Assembly (NCBI GenBank): GCA_005191425.1
Contig: SUPR01000044.1
Location: 1-28,023 of the forward strand
Direction of reading: 5' to 3'
Length of the DNA: 28,023 nucleotides
Origin: Candidatus Helarchaeota ASGARD archaeon Hel_GB_B
GTDB taxonomy: Archaea; Asgardarchaeota; Lokiarchaeia; Helarchaeales; HEL-GB-B
Shown piece by piece: positions 1 to 8,600 of this stretch. Position 1 is the first letter of the stretch. The number at the start of each line of letters is the position of its first letter. A program made the translations under genes and the position numbers. The notes under the pieces were generated by a model. That model was not told the origin of the DNA. It made no database searches and was given only the letters and a program-made list of their open reading frames with translations.

Positions 1-165
1 TAATTCTTGGAAAATTCGGCCTCTTAAATGATACAAATTCAAATTTTTTGAGTCTTGAGAAATTGCTTCATTAATAATTTGAAGTGCTTCATCGAGCCTA
101 TTTTGTTCGTAAAGCGCTTTGGCTTTTAAAAATCTTTTTTCAGACATTTTATCGCTATTATGCAT
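1..165 (-). CDS. TPR-repeat protein, N-terminal part (runs off the window)
   Basis: Hand translation from ATG at 165 (alternative ATG 147): MHNSDKMSEKRFLKAKALYEQNRLDEALQIINEAISQDSKNLNLYHLRGRIFQEL, with no stop to base 1. The A-x-x-L-Y...EAL...AI..D..N...Y..RG pattern is TPR-like. Not in the ORF track. Confidence 0.75.
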   Translation of the reverse strand, partial: MHNSDKMSEKRFLKAKALYEQNRLDEALQIINEAISQDSKNLNLYHLRGRIFQEL

Positions 166-200
166 TTGATCACTTCTTGTAATATCACCGATTTAAAATT

Positions 201-917
201 TTAAAGAAGATTTTCATTACATTGTAATAATTTTTTATTTTCCATAATATATTTTACACCAATTCCCTTAATATTATTAAAAGGGCCTTTAAATCCTTTA
301 ACTTTACCTGTTTTTGTAAAAATAAATTTACATTTTACAATTGAGGTAAACACATTATATGGATTTTTAAAAGTATTAAGTAAGAGTTTTGCCTTTTTAG
401 GGCCGGTCTGGAATAGACCTTCAAGCAAATATTGGCATCTATCATCTAAAGTCATATTTTTTGGAGCCCTTCTGGCAAGTATGGGGTTTTCATCTTTAAT
501 TTGTTCTCTAATCGCTAATCTTTTTAGTAATATGACGCTGTCATACTCATTTCTAGTGGGAATAATTGGGATATTTAAGCGTGATGCAATATAACCCATT
601 ATTCCGTAAATTGAATTTAAATTGATTTGTCGTTTTTCAAAAATTGGTGTAATATTTTCCAAAATGAGAATAGGGTTTATATATGAGTTTTTTAATCTTA
701 TTAACTGCTCAAATAACCGATTATCTGCTACAGCAGAAACAAAATCATCTCCGCTTTTTCGTTCAACAGCTAACGTATTAGATAAAATATAGTCTCCAAT
801 ATCCAATCTTGTGATAGTAAGGTCAATTCCTTCTTTTTTAATTAATTCGGCAATTTTATTAGGTTCTCTATTGTCCATTACGATTTTAATTTTCTCATTC
901 ACAAAATTCCATCTCAA
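201..917 (-). CDS. xpf: XPF/ERCC4-family structure-specific endonuclease (short form, nuclease + HhH2, no helicase domain)
   Basis: Motifs DNRE, LDIGDYIL, VERKSGDDF and RLFEQ, plus C-terminal HhH-like GLFQTGPKKA...IKGIG. TTG start; the true start may be slightly downstream. Confidence 0.9.
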   Translation of the reverse strand: MRWNFVNEKIKIVMDNREPNKIAELIKKEGIDLTITRLDIGDYILSNTLAVERKSGDDFVSAVADNRLFEQLIRLKNSYINPILILENITPIFEKRQINLNSIYGIMGYIASRLNIPIIPTRNEYDSVILLKRLAIREQIKDENPILARRAPKNMTLDDRCQYLLEGLFQTGPKKAKLLLNTFKNPYNVFTSIVKCKFIFTKTGKVKGFKGPFNNIKGIGVKYIMENKKLLQCNENLL

Positions 918-1085
918 AAAGCATTTAATAATTTCTTTTATTAATTAATATTATTAGAAAATTAATTCTAAGGTAAAATTTGTAATTATTGTTTATAAAT
1001 ATTTGAAATTAAACAAATAGATTTTTAGGAAATTATTTATAGATATCTTAGTAAGCGTAAAATAAAAAAATAATAATATTAAAAC

Positions 1086-1703
1086 ATGAAAATGAAACAA
1101 TTTAGATGTTTAAGGTGTGGAGATTGTTGTGCTGCCAAATATTCGGGCAATAATATAGGACATATTCCAATTTATTTAGATGAAATTCAAAATTTAATTG
1201 AAAAAAGCAAAAAATTCGAGAAAAATATAAAAATTGAACCAGGGTTTGTATATGCAGATAATTTAAATAAACAATTAATAATAGCAACATTTGAAATGTC
1301 TATTAAGGGAAAATGTGAATTCTATGATGATGGATGCATAATATATAATGATAGACCCATTACATGTAAAGCATACCCGATAATGACATTTCACTTAGAC
1401 GGAAATAGAAAATTATTTTATATGAACAATAGCTGCAGGTTTGTTTTACAAAATCCAACTTTATATGATTATAAATATTCTGAACTAGTTGAAATCTTTA
1501 AAGAAGAGTATAAATATGCACAAGAATTATTGATTAAAATAAAGGATATTCAATTTAAAATTTTACAATTAGAGACCGATGGTATTATTGATATAGGATA
1601 TTTAAAAAATGATAAAGAATTATATGGACTTGAATTGAAAGATTTTGAAGATTTTAGATATGAAAATTGGCCCAAAGTTAAATTAACAGATTTAAAAATA
1701 TAA
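1086..1703 (+). CDS. YkgJ-family CxxCxxCC cysteine-cluster protein
   Basis: FRCLRCGDCC at the N-terminus and CEFY..GC.IY..RP..C..YP. Confidence 0.85.
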   Translation: MKMKQFRCLRCGDCCAAKYSGNNIGHIPIYLDEIQNLIEKSKKFEKNIKIEPGFVYADNLNKQLIIATFEMSIKGKCEFYDDGCIIYNDRPITCKAYPIMTFHLDGNRKLFYMNNSCRFVLQNPTLYDYKYSELVEIFKEEYKYAQELLIKIKDIQFKILQLETDGIIDIGYLKNDKELYGLELKDFEDFRYENWPKVKLTDLKI

Positions 1704-1983
1704 AATTATTATCATTTGTCCGACTATTTTTAAAATTAATGCGCTATAAATAAACCATATTAAATTATTTGATTAAATAATTTCTTATTATAAAATATAA
1801 AAAAAATTCTTCTATGTATTAACTCTAAAAAGCAAATAAATAATAATAATTGTTTTAAGATATTCGATTCCTTTTAAATGCTCTTTAAATATAGAAAAAA
1901 TTTATATTTCAAGAGTCAAAAAAATATATATCTTATAAGGACTTTAATTGTAGGTCAAATACAACTTTTTATGTGATTATATT

Positions 1984-2679
1984 ATGAAAGGAAAGGTGAT
2001 TTTAGTAGGACTTATTATTGCATTAATAATGATAATTGTAAAATTCTCAGTATATGCTGTAAGCACGCTTTCTTTTAATGCCATATTACCGATTTTTCAA
2101 GGCATGAATGTTGCAATTGAATATGTTTTAGATATTGTGTTCAGTTTAACTGGTTTTTTAATATTTGGAATTACATTTATTATCAAACCTCAAAAAATTG
2201 AATTAAAATGGAAAGATGAAGAAGGAAATATAAAATCTAAATCAACTAATAAATATTTAATAGGAGTGGTAGTTGGAATTTTGCTAATTTTTTTCTCACC
2301 ACTTACCCAATTAATAATGCTATTTTTTTATTATACAAATTCATTTTATACAATTTTATTAGTTTTAGGAATTATAGAAGGTATTGGATGGATGATTGCA
2401 GGATATGGGCTAGGTTCAAAGGTAATTTCAAGATGTTTTAATTGTAATAAAATTATTGAAAGTGGAAAAGAAATAAAATGTAAGGAATGCAAAAATAAGT
2501 TTTGTTCGGATAAATGTTATCAGGAACATATACTTTATACTCACGATAAATGTGCAATATGTGGAAAAGGATTTGGTAGGGGTGCCAAGTATGAAACTTG
2601 TCCCTATCCTGAATGTAAGAATTTAAAGTTCTGTTCTCCCAACTGCCTTGCTGAACATCAAAAGTTAAAACACTCTTAA
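1984..2679 (+). CDS. Multi-pass membrane protein with two C-terminal C6H2 zinc fingers
   Basis: About 4-5 hydrophobic segments, followed by two copies of C-x2-C-x11/12-C-x2/4-C-x4/5-CS-x2-C-x3-H-x4-H. Confidence 0.75.
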   Translation: MKGKVILVGLIIALIMIIVKFSVYAVSTLSFNAILPIFQGMNVAIEYVLDIVFSLTGFLIFGITFIIKPQKIELKWKDEEGNIKSKSTNKYLIGVVVGILLIFFSPLTQLIMLFFYYTNSFYTILLVLGIIEGIGWMIAGYGLGSKVISRCFNCNKIIESGKEIKCKECKNKFCSDKCYQEHILYTHDKCAICGKGFGRGAKYETCPYPECKNLKFCSPNCLAEHQKLKHS

Positions 2680-2716
2680 TTTACTTTTTTCTACCAATTT
2701 TATTCGTGATTAATAG

Positions 2717-3505
2717 ATGGAAAATAGAATAATTTTTTGTTCAGACCATATTACAAAAGAAATTACCCTTAAGGAAGCACTTAAATATTCGCAATCTAAA
2801 GGCGCATTATTAGAAGTACATAGTGCTCATTTTAAAGAGCTACTCGCTAAAAAAGATTTTAAATCAATAATATGTATTCACCCACATTGGCGAAATTATT
2901 CATTAAGCACCGATAACGATACATTTATGATTAAAAGTTTAAATTATTTATATAATCTGATAAATTTCATCGAAAGTAATGGTATCAAATATATAATTAT
3001 TCATCCAGAGGGTATGCCTGCTAACTTAGCGCGTGAATCGCGGTACATTAATGTTCTTAAATCATATAAAAAAATTTCTAAATATATAAAAAACAAAGAC
3101 GTTAGAATCTTAATAGAAAATATGCCACCTGCCCGAGTTTATCCACCTTCTGTCCTTCCAAATTATTTTATCGGAGAACAATTAGACGAATTATTTCCTA
3201 TTTTAAAAATTGATTCTAAATTTAATTTTATTTTTGATCTTGGACATTTCATTTGTGGACTCAATGTATATGGAAATAGGGAATTAAAAAGTCTAAAAAC
3301 ATTTGGAAAAAAATTAATTTATGTTCATGTCCATGATAATAATGGAAAAATAAATAATCACGAACCACTTAAGAGGAAAAAGTCAATTGATATTTTAAAA
3401 ATTATTGAAAAATTATACCACCCATTATATAGCCTTGAAATTGCACCATCTTTTGAAAATATAGATAAAACAATTAGAAATTTAAAAAAAATAATGAATA
3501 TATAA
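2717..3505 (+). CDS. Sugar phosphate isomerase/epimerase / AP-endonuclease-2 family TIM-barrel protein
   Basis: Metal-ligand pattern IIIHP, ILIENMP, FDLGH, VHVHDN and H-x-PL. Confidence 0.8.
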   Translation: MENRIIFCSDHITKEITLKEALKYSQSKGALLEVHSAHFKELLAKKDFKSIICIHPHWRNYSLSTDNDTFMIKSLNYLYNLINFIESNGIKYIIIHPEGMPANLARESRYINVLKSYKKISKYIKNKDVRILIENMPPARVYPPSVLPNYFIGEQLDELFPILKIDSKFNFIFDLGHFICGLNVYGNRELKSLKTFGKKLIYVHVHDNNGKINNHEPLKRKKSIDILKIIEKLYHPLYSLEIAPSFENIDKTIRNLKKIMNI

Positions 3506-3590
3506 ATTAAAAAATTAGATATTAAATTTAAACAAATTAACTTGTAAATCAAATTGATAAAATAGAAAAATTTTTTAAAGTGATTTAAGA

Positions 3591-3965
3591 ATGAAAAAGG
3601 AAGTATTTGTAGGTAAAGTGCCCCCGGCAGGGCCATATTCTCCAGCAATTAAAGTTGGAAATTTTCTTTTTATCAGTGGGCAGGAACCTTTTGATCCTAG
3701 TGGAAAGACTGTCCCGGAAGATATTAAAAAACAAACTGAATTATGCATTGAAAATTTGAAAAAAATAATAGAAAATGCAGGATTAACAATGGACAATATT
3801 GTTAAAACAACGGTATTTTTAAAAAATATGGATGATTTTAATAAAATGAATAGAATTTATAGAAAATTTTTTAAAACAGAACCTCCTGCGAGAAGTTGCG
3901 TTGAAGTTTCTCGATTGCCTTTAAATATTCAAATTGAAATAGAAGCTATTGCTTTTTTTCCCTAA
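3591..3965 (+). CDS. ridA: RidA/YjgF/UK114 family enamine/imine deaminase
   Basis: GPYSPA, LFISGQ, IVKTTVFL, N..Y..FF...PPARS.VEVSRLP and IEIEAIA. Confidence 0.93.
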   Translation: MKKEVFVGKVPPAGPYSPAIKVGNFLFISGQEPFDPSGKTVPEDIKKQTELCIENLKKIIENAGLTMDNIVKTTVFLKNMDDFNKMNRIYRKFFKTEPPARSCVEVSRLPLNIQIEIEAIAFFP

Positions 3966-3979
3966 ATAATAAATTCTTT

Positions 3980-4867
3980 TTATTTTTCCATTTCAGCATA
4001 TTTTTTAATTTCTTTTGCCCTATTTCTAAGTGTTACTTCTGAAATTTCACAGACTTTAGAAATTATTGATTGCGATTTAGATATTCCTGATTCTTTAGAA
4101 GTTATATAGAGTGCGGCTGCTGCAAGTCCTTTTGGGTCTTTACCAATAATTTGAAGACCATTTTCCTTAGCTTTATTTATTAATTTATTTGCAGCTATTT
4201 GAACGGGAGTAGGTAGACCTAGTTCGTTCCCAAATCGAGTAATAAATTGGACAATGGAAGTCGATGGCATAGGAATTTTAAGAGTTGAAACTATTAGGCG
4301 ATAGGCTTTTGTTATTGATTTTTCCGGAATTTGAGTTGCTAATGAAATTTCTTCAACAGTTCTTGGTAAGTTATTCAGTCGAATTGCAGCATAGATACTT
4401 CCAGCAACTAAATTATTAATTGATCGGCCCATTGTCAATTTTTTATTTACTACTTCTCGATAAATTCTGAGAGCTTCTTCTCGAATACTAGGTGGGAGTC
4501 CGAGTGCTGCAGCAAATCCCAGTAATTTGGGTTGAGCAATTGACATATTTCGCTCAAAAGTACTGGTGGTAGACCTTTGAATTTTGGATAATCGGTAATA
4601 TTTTTGTTTTTTATTAGCCGAGACATTTTTATCGAATCTTGGAATCACAGTCCTAGATCCACTGATATTATATACTGGTTCAGTCTGCCGACGTGCTTGT
4701 ATTTCTTCAGTGGTAAATGCTCTTCTAGGTATACCTTCGAACACTTGCCCATGCACCATTCCACAATTAGTACAGACTAAAATTCCTCTATATTCCTGTA
4801 CATTAGGATTATCACAGCAATCCCATTCTTTCTTTTTTTTACTTGTTTTTTCTAACTCATTAGACAA
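3980..4867 (-). CDS. tfb: Transcription initiation factor IIB (TFB)
   Basis: N-terminal Zn ribbon (CCDNP...VCTNCG.V) and two cyclin folds (GRSINNLVAGSIY, GKDPKGLAAAALY, ISEVTLRNR). TTG start. Confidence 0.93.
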   Translation of the reverse strand: MSNELEKTSKKKKEWDCCDNPNVQEYRGILVCTNCGMVHGQVFEGIPRRAFTTEEIQARRQTEPVYNISGSRTVIPRFDKNVSANKKQKYYRLSKIQRSTTSTFERNMSIAQPKLLGFAAALGLPPSIREEALRIYREVVNKKLTMGRSINNLVAGSIYAAIRLNNLPRTVEEISLATQIPEKSITKAYRLIVSTLKIPMPSTSIVQFITRFGNELGLPTPVQIAANKLINKAKENGLQIIGKDPKGLAAAALYITSKESGISKSQSIISKVCEISEVTLRNRAKEIKKYAEMEK

Positions 4868-5244
4868 TCAAAATCACGTGATTATATCAATTATTTACAT
4901 TATTTGTGAAAATTTTATAATTTTTTCAAACTAATTTTAATAGAAAAAAATATCTATCCTCAATAATAATTTATTCAGTATTTTTTAAATATTTTATTTA
5001 AATTTATTTTTTGTTTAAATCAAAAGTTAAATTTTCTAAATTTTTTATTGATTGCTTTATATTTTCAAATTTTGAAATTTAAAGTTTTAAAATTTTATTG
5101 TAAAATAAGCAAACTTATTTGGTAAGATTAAAGTTTAACAAAATTCTTGTAATTTTTTATTAATAAAAAAACTTTGCTCATTTGCAAATTTTTAAAAATT
5201 AAATGATATAGTTTTTCATAAAAAAGTAATTTAAGGTTAATAGA

Positions 5245-6768
5245 ATGACAGACACAAAAGAGGACAATTTTGGAGTAATAGTAATAGGAACTGGATTTGG
5301 TGGAGCGTCATGTGCTGCTTTATTAGCAAATAAAGGCATAAAAACGCTCCTTATAGATAAGAATAAATTTTTTGGTGGTAAAGCTTTTACAACGACCATT
5401 CATAAACACAAGGTAGACTTTTTCTCCCATTTACTTTGTATGGGCGGTGCTGGAGAAATTGGTGCTGTTTTAAAAGAAATTAATGCATTTGATCGTATAA
5501 AATTTTTACAAACTAAAATAGGTTCGCTTTTCATATACGATGAACGCCCTGTCGATATTAAAGCTAATATGAATTTTGGAACAATAATGAAACTGATTGA
5601 ATGGATGGATGTAAAAGAGCAAGCTCAATTACAACAAGTTATGGACGCTTTTGCGTTTTTAGTGAAGATGCAAGAGCATCAATTTGACCAAATATATAAT
5701 TTAACGGTTGAAGAATGGCTTGAAAAACAATTTCCTAACATACCGGTGACCTTCAAGGATTTTTTAACTCTTTGGTGTGGAATGATGTTTGTAAACCCAG
5801 CTAAATATTCTTCAGCTGGCGAATATGCTCGTTATTTTACCAGAATTTTAAATTCAAAAGCTGCAGGATATTGTAGTGGTGGAATAGGATATATACCTGA
5901 ATTAATGGCTAAAACAGTAGAGGAGAATGGGTCAGTAGTAAAAATGGGCGAAACTGTAGAAAAAATTCTGATTGAAGATGGTAGAGCTGTTGGTGTACAA
6001 ACTAAAGAAGGGAATATCTATAAGGCAGACGCAATAGTTTCAAATGTCGGAATTCAACCAACTGTTTTAAAATTAGTAGGACCAGAATATTTTTCAAAAG
6101 AATATCTTGCTTATGTTAAAAATTTAATTCCATCTTTCTCAGGTGTTAGGATAAGATACTTTTTAAGTCAAAAAGTAATTGATAAAAAATATGGCTCAAT
6201 TTTAGTATATGGTGCAAATCATAATGTCAAATTTGACTGGAATACTATGAGCAAAATGACCTTTGAAGAATTAATGGAACCAATAAATCTACCAGTTTTC
6301 ACGTCAATACCTTCTAATTTTGATCCAAATTTATCTCCACCAGGTGAACAAGCCATTTTAGCAACAGCTATTGCACCGCCCAATCCATCAAGGAAACAAT
6401 GGGATATTCTATTTGATAAAATTGAAGATAATTTGTTTAAAAGTTTTCCGCAAATTTCTCAATATATTGAATACACAGATAAAGCGAACCCAAAAGCTAT
6501 TTCGGAGATATCTGGGAGAAATATTGTCACAGAAATTTTACCTGGAGTTGGCGGAGAAGCTGTAGGACTTGCTCAGATACCTGAACAAGTTGGTTATAAT
6601 AAACCAAGCCCAAGATCACCAATTCCCGGACTTTTCTACGTAGGGTGCGATGCAAATGTCTATCCAGGGGGCGGCGGAGTCGGCCTAGAACAAGCAACAA
6701 ATAGTGGTAGAAATACTGCAAGATTGGTTTTTTCATATTTATTTGGTAAAAAATTAAGGACTCTTTAG
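5245..6768 (+). CDS. FAD-dependent oxidoreductase, phytoene desaturase (CrtI)/retinol saturase-like family
   Basis: Rossmann motif IVIGTGFGG..CAA.LA..G, GGIG.IPE.MA..VEENG, and C-terminal PIPGLFYVG...PGG.G. Substrate cannot be assigned. Confidence 0.8.
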   Translation: MTDTKEDNFGVIVIGTGFGGASCAALLANKGIKTLLIDKNKFFGGKAFTTTIHKHKVDFFSHLLCMGGAGEIGAVLKEINAFDRIKFLQTKIGSLFIYDERPVDIKANMNFGTIMKLIEWMDVKEQAQLQQVMDAFAFLVKMQEHQFDQIYNLTVEEWLEKQFPNIPVTFKDFLTLWCGMMFVNPAKYSSAGEYARYFTRILNSKAAGYCSGGIGYIPELMAKTVEENGSVVKMGETVEKILIEDGRAVGVQTKEGNIYKADAIVSNVGIQPTVLKLVGPEYFSKEYLAYVKNLIPSFSGVRIRYFLSQKVIDKKYGSILVYGANHNVKFDWNTMSKMTFEELMEPINLPVFTSIPSNFDPNLSPPGEQAILATAIAPPNPSRKQWDILFDKIEDNLFKSFPQISQYIEYTDKANPKAISEISGRNIVTEILPGVGGEAVGLAQIPEQVGYNKPSPRSPIPGLFYVGCDANVYPGGGGVGLEQATNSGRNTARLVFSYLFGKKLRTL

Positions 6769-6779
6769 AGTCTATTTTT

Positions 6780-6923
6780 TTATATTAGTATTAAAATTAT
6801 GGCTGGCTTTAAAAAATCAGAAATTGCATTAAGTGCTTGAATTATCAATGGAATTCCTATAGCACAAACAAATGCTAATGTAATTAATAATATTAAAATT
6901 CTTTCAAAAGTTAATTCTACCAT
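6780..6923 (-). CDS. Small hydrophobic membrane peptide (47 aa), unannotated
   Basis: Hand translation: MVELTFERILILLITLAFVCAIGIPLIIQALNAISDFLKPAIILILI*. ATG 6923, TAA 6782-6780; convergent with the oxidoreductase gene. Confidence 0.5.
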   Translation of the reverse strand: MVELTFERILILLITLAFVCAIGIPLIIQALNAISDFLKPAIILILI

Positions 6924-7055
6924 TTTTCTCTAAAATGATTATCAATTCTCATATTTAAACTACTTGTCAAAAATGAATTTTAAACCAAGATATTTCATGA
7001 ATATTACATGGATTAAAATTAAAATTTGATTAAAATAACCTAAAAAGGTGATATT

Positions 7056-7193
7056 ATGGAAGTACCAAAAGTTAAGACCAAAAAATTTGATTTTGAACCA
7101 GTTCAGATGGATTTAAGGATGTCATTTGTAGTACAAAAAAAGGACCTTATGACCTTTCTTTTAAGGTCAACTTTACGACTATTAAAAGAATGA
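7056..7193 (+). CDS. Small ORF (45 aa), unannotated
   Basis: AGGTGA (7046-7051) just upstream of ATG 7056. Translation: MEVPKVKTKKFDFEPVQMDLRMSFVVQKKDLMTFLLRSTLRLLKE*. Confidence 0.45.
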   Translation: MEVPKVKTKKFDFEPVQMDLRMSFVVQKKDLMTFLLRSTLRLLKE

Positions 7194-7305
7194 TTCTCTG
7201 ATTAATGCATGAAAATTAAGACTTCATAGCAATTTACTTCATTTATATAACTATTAAATAACATATAATAACTCGACAAAAAATATTCAATGTATATTAA
7301 AATTA

Positions 7306-8001
7306 TTAAGAACCATATTTTTTAATATAATTTTTAAATTGTTTATATTTTTCTGAGTTAATTACAATTTTATTTTCAATCGTTTTGTTATATAAAATAT
7401 CATAGATCTCTTTTATTTTTAAGATAGAATAACATTTTAATCCAGAATTTTCCAGGTATTTTTCGGCAGAAATATTATTTTCCATTTTTTCTTGGCGGTC
7501 AAGAAGAACAAGAATTCCTACAAATTCAAGATTATTTACATCAGAATTTTTTTTAATTTTTTCAATAATATTAATTTTAGTTAATCCTGTTGTTAATACA
7601 TCATCAACGATAAGGATTTGGTCATTATCCATAAATTTGCCTATGAGCCATTTCTCTTTTTTATCGCCATATTTTTTTATCTCTTTTCGGTCATAGCCCC
7701 ATCTTTTATTTACGTTATATAAATTATATAGTTGCATACAAATTGCTGCAGATAACGAAATACCTTTGTACGCAGGTCCAAAAATAAGGTCAAAAGAATC
7801 TAACCCAATATAATCATGAATAAAATTTGCAAAGACCCTGGATATAGATACTAAGCCCTCACCATCCATTACAATATTGGCTAAATTAAAGAAATATGGG
7901 CTAATCCTATTGCTTTTTAATCTAAAATTGCCAAATAATAACCCACCTTTCTTTATAATAAATTGAATGACTTCCAAATCTGAATTTTTCTTATTTTCCA
8001 T
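7306..8001 (-). CDS. pyrE: Orotate phosphoribosyltransferase
   Basis: FG.F.LKS.R.SPYFFN, GPAYKGI, DRKE.K.YG and PRPP-binding motif ILIVDDVLTTG. Confidence 0.95.
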   Translation of the reverse strand: MENKKNSDLEVIQFIIKKGGLLFGNFRLKSNRISPYFFNLANIVMDGEGLVSISRVFANFIHDYIGLDSFDLIFGPAYKGISLSAAICMQLYNLYNVNKRWGYDRKEIKKYGDKKEKWLIGKFMDNDQILIVDDVLTTGLTKINIIEKIKKNSDVNNLEFVGILVLLDRQEKMENNISAEKYLENSGLKCYSILKIKEIYDILYNKTIENKIVINSEKYKQFKNYIKKYGS

Positions 8002-8600
8002 TTAATTACCCAAACCATATTATTTGTTGGAGGAGTCCCATTTTCGGTATTTTTCTCCTTAACATCAAAACTTGAAATAACTAAGATAAACAGGAGTAAA
8101 ACGATAATAGAGATACCAATAACAGGATATTTGGTAAACATCAGAGATGCCCAACCTAGCCATGGAATTCTAAGAATTACTACACCCATAACACTACTTT
8201 GTGGTTGCCATCCATCAGGTATAGGATTATTATCACCCCATGTTTCAAATTCATAAATTCCACTTCCACTATAATTGTATCGAATTCCCGTGACTCTATG
8301 CACAATTAATAGATTATCATATGACCTTTTATAAACAATAACACTACCATTTCTTGTATTATGATCTCCACAGACAATATTAGAAACGGGTACTCCTTGT
8401 ACAATTAATATATCACCTTCATAATATGTAGGCTCCATACTCCTACCTGAAACAACAGTAATTGGAATTGATGTATTAAGACCTAATTGCATACAAAAAA
8501 AGAACAAATATACTCCACCAATTATTCCAGCAACCCAAACAATTGTAATAATTACTTTTTTAATGTTAGAATTTTTATTCTTTTTATTTTCCAATTGCAC
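7953..8600 (-). CDS. sec11: Signal peptidase I, archaeal/Sec11 type (S26)
   Basis: N-terminal TM, VVSGRSMEPT..EGDIL (Ser), IVHRV (His), GDNN and C-terminal TM. The last 49 nt overlap pyrE. Start is GTG 8600 or TTG 8594. Confidence 0.9.
   Translation of the reverse strand: MQLENKKNKNSNIKKVIITIVWVAGIIGGVYLFFFCMQLGLNTSIPITVVSGRSMEPTYYEGDILIVQGVPVSNIVCGDHNTRNGSVIVYKRSYDNLLIVHRVTGIRYNYSGSGIYEFETWGDNNPIPDGWQPQSSVMGVVILRIPWLGWASLMFTKYPVIGISIIVLLLFILVISSFDVKEKNTENGTPPTNNMVWVIKWKIRKIQIWKSFNLL

Noticed and set aside
1762-1783. Inverted repeat AAATTATTT-gatt-AAATAATTT
   Set aside because: The arms are A/T only, so it is not significant at this base composition.
4868-5244. Long AT-rich intergenic region with palindromes (e.g. 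TTTTTTATTAATAAAAAA 5153-5170, TTTGC-n6-GCAAA 5173-5188) as a replication origin or operator
   Set aside because: No cdc6/orc gene or G-string ORB repeats are seen. A/T-only palindromes are expected by chance, and a divergent promoter region explains it.
7953-8001. 49-nt overlap of the sec11 3' end with pyrE as a further frameshift lesion
   Set aside because: The tail looks off-frame, but I could not identify a specific indel. Variable tails and short overlaps are common in operons.
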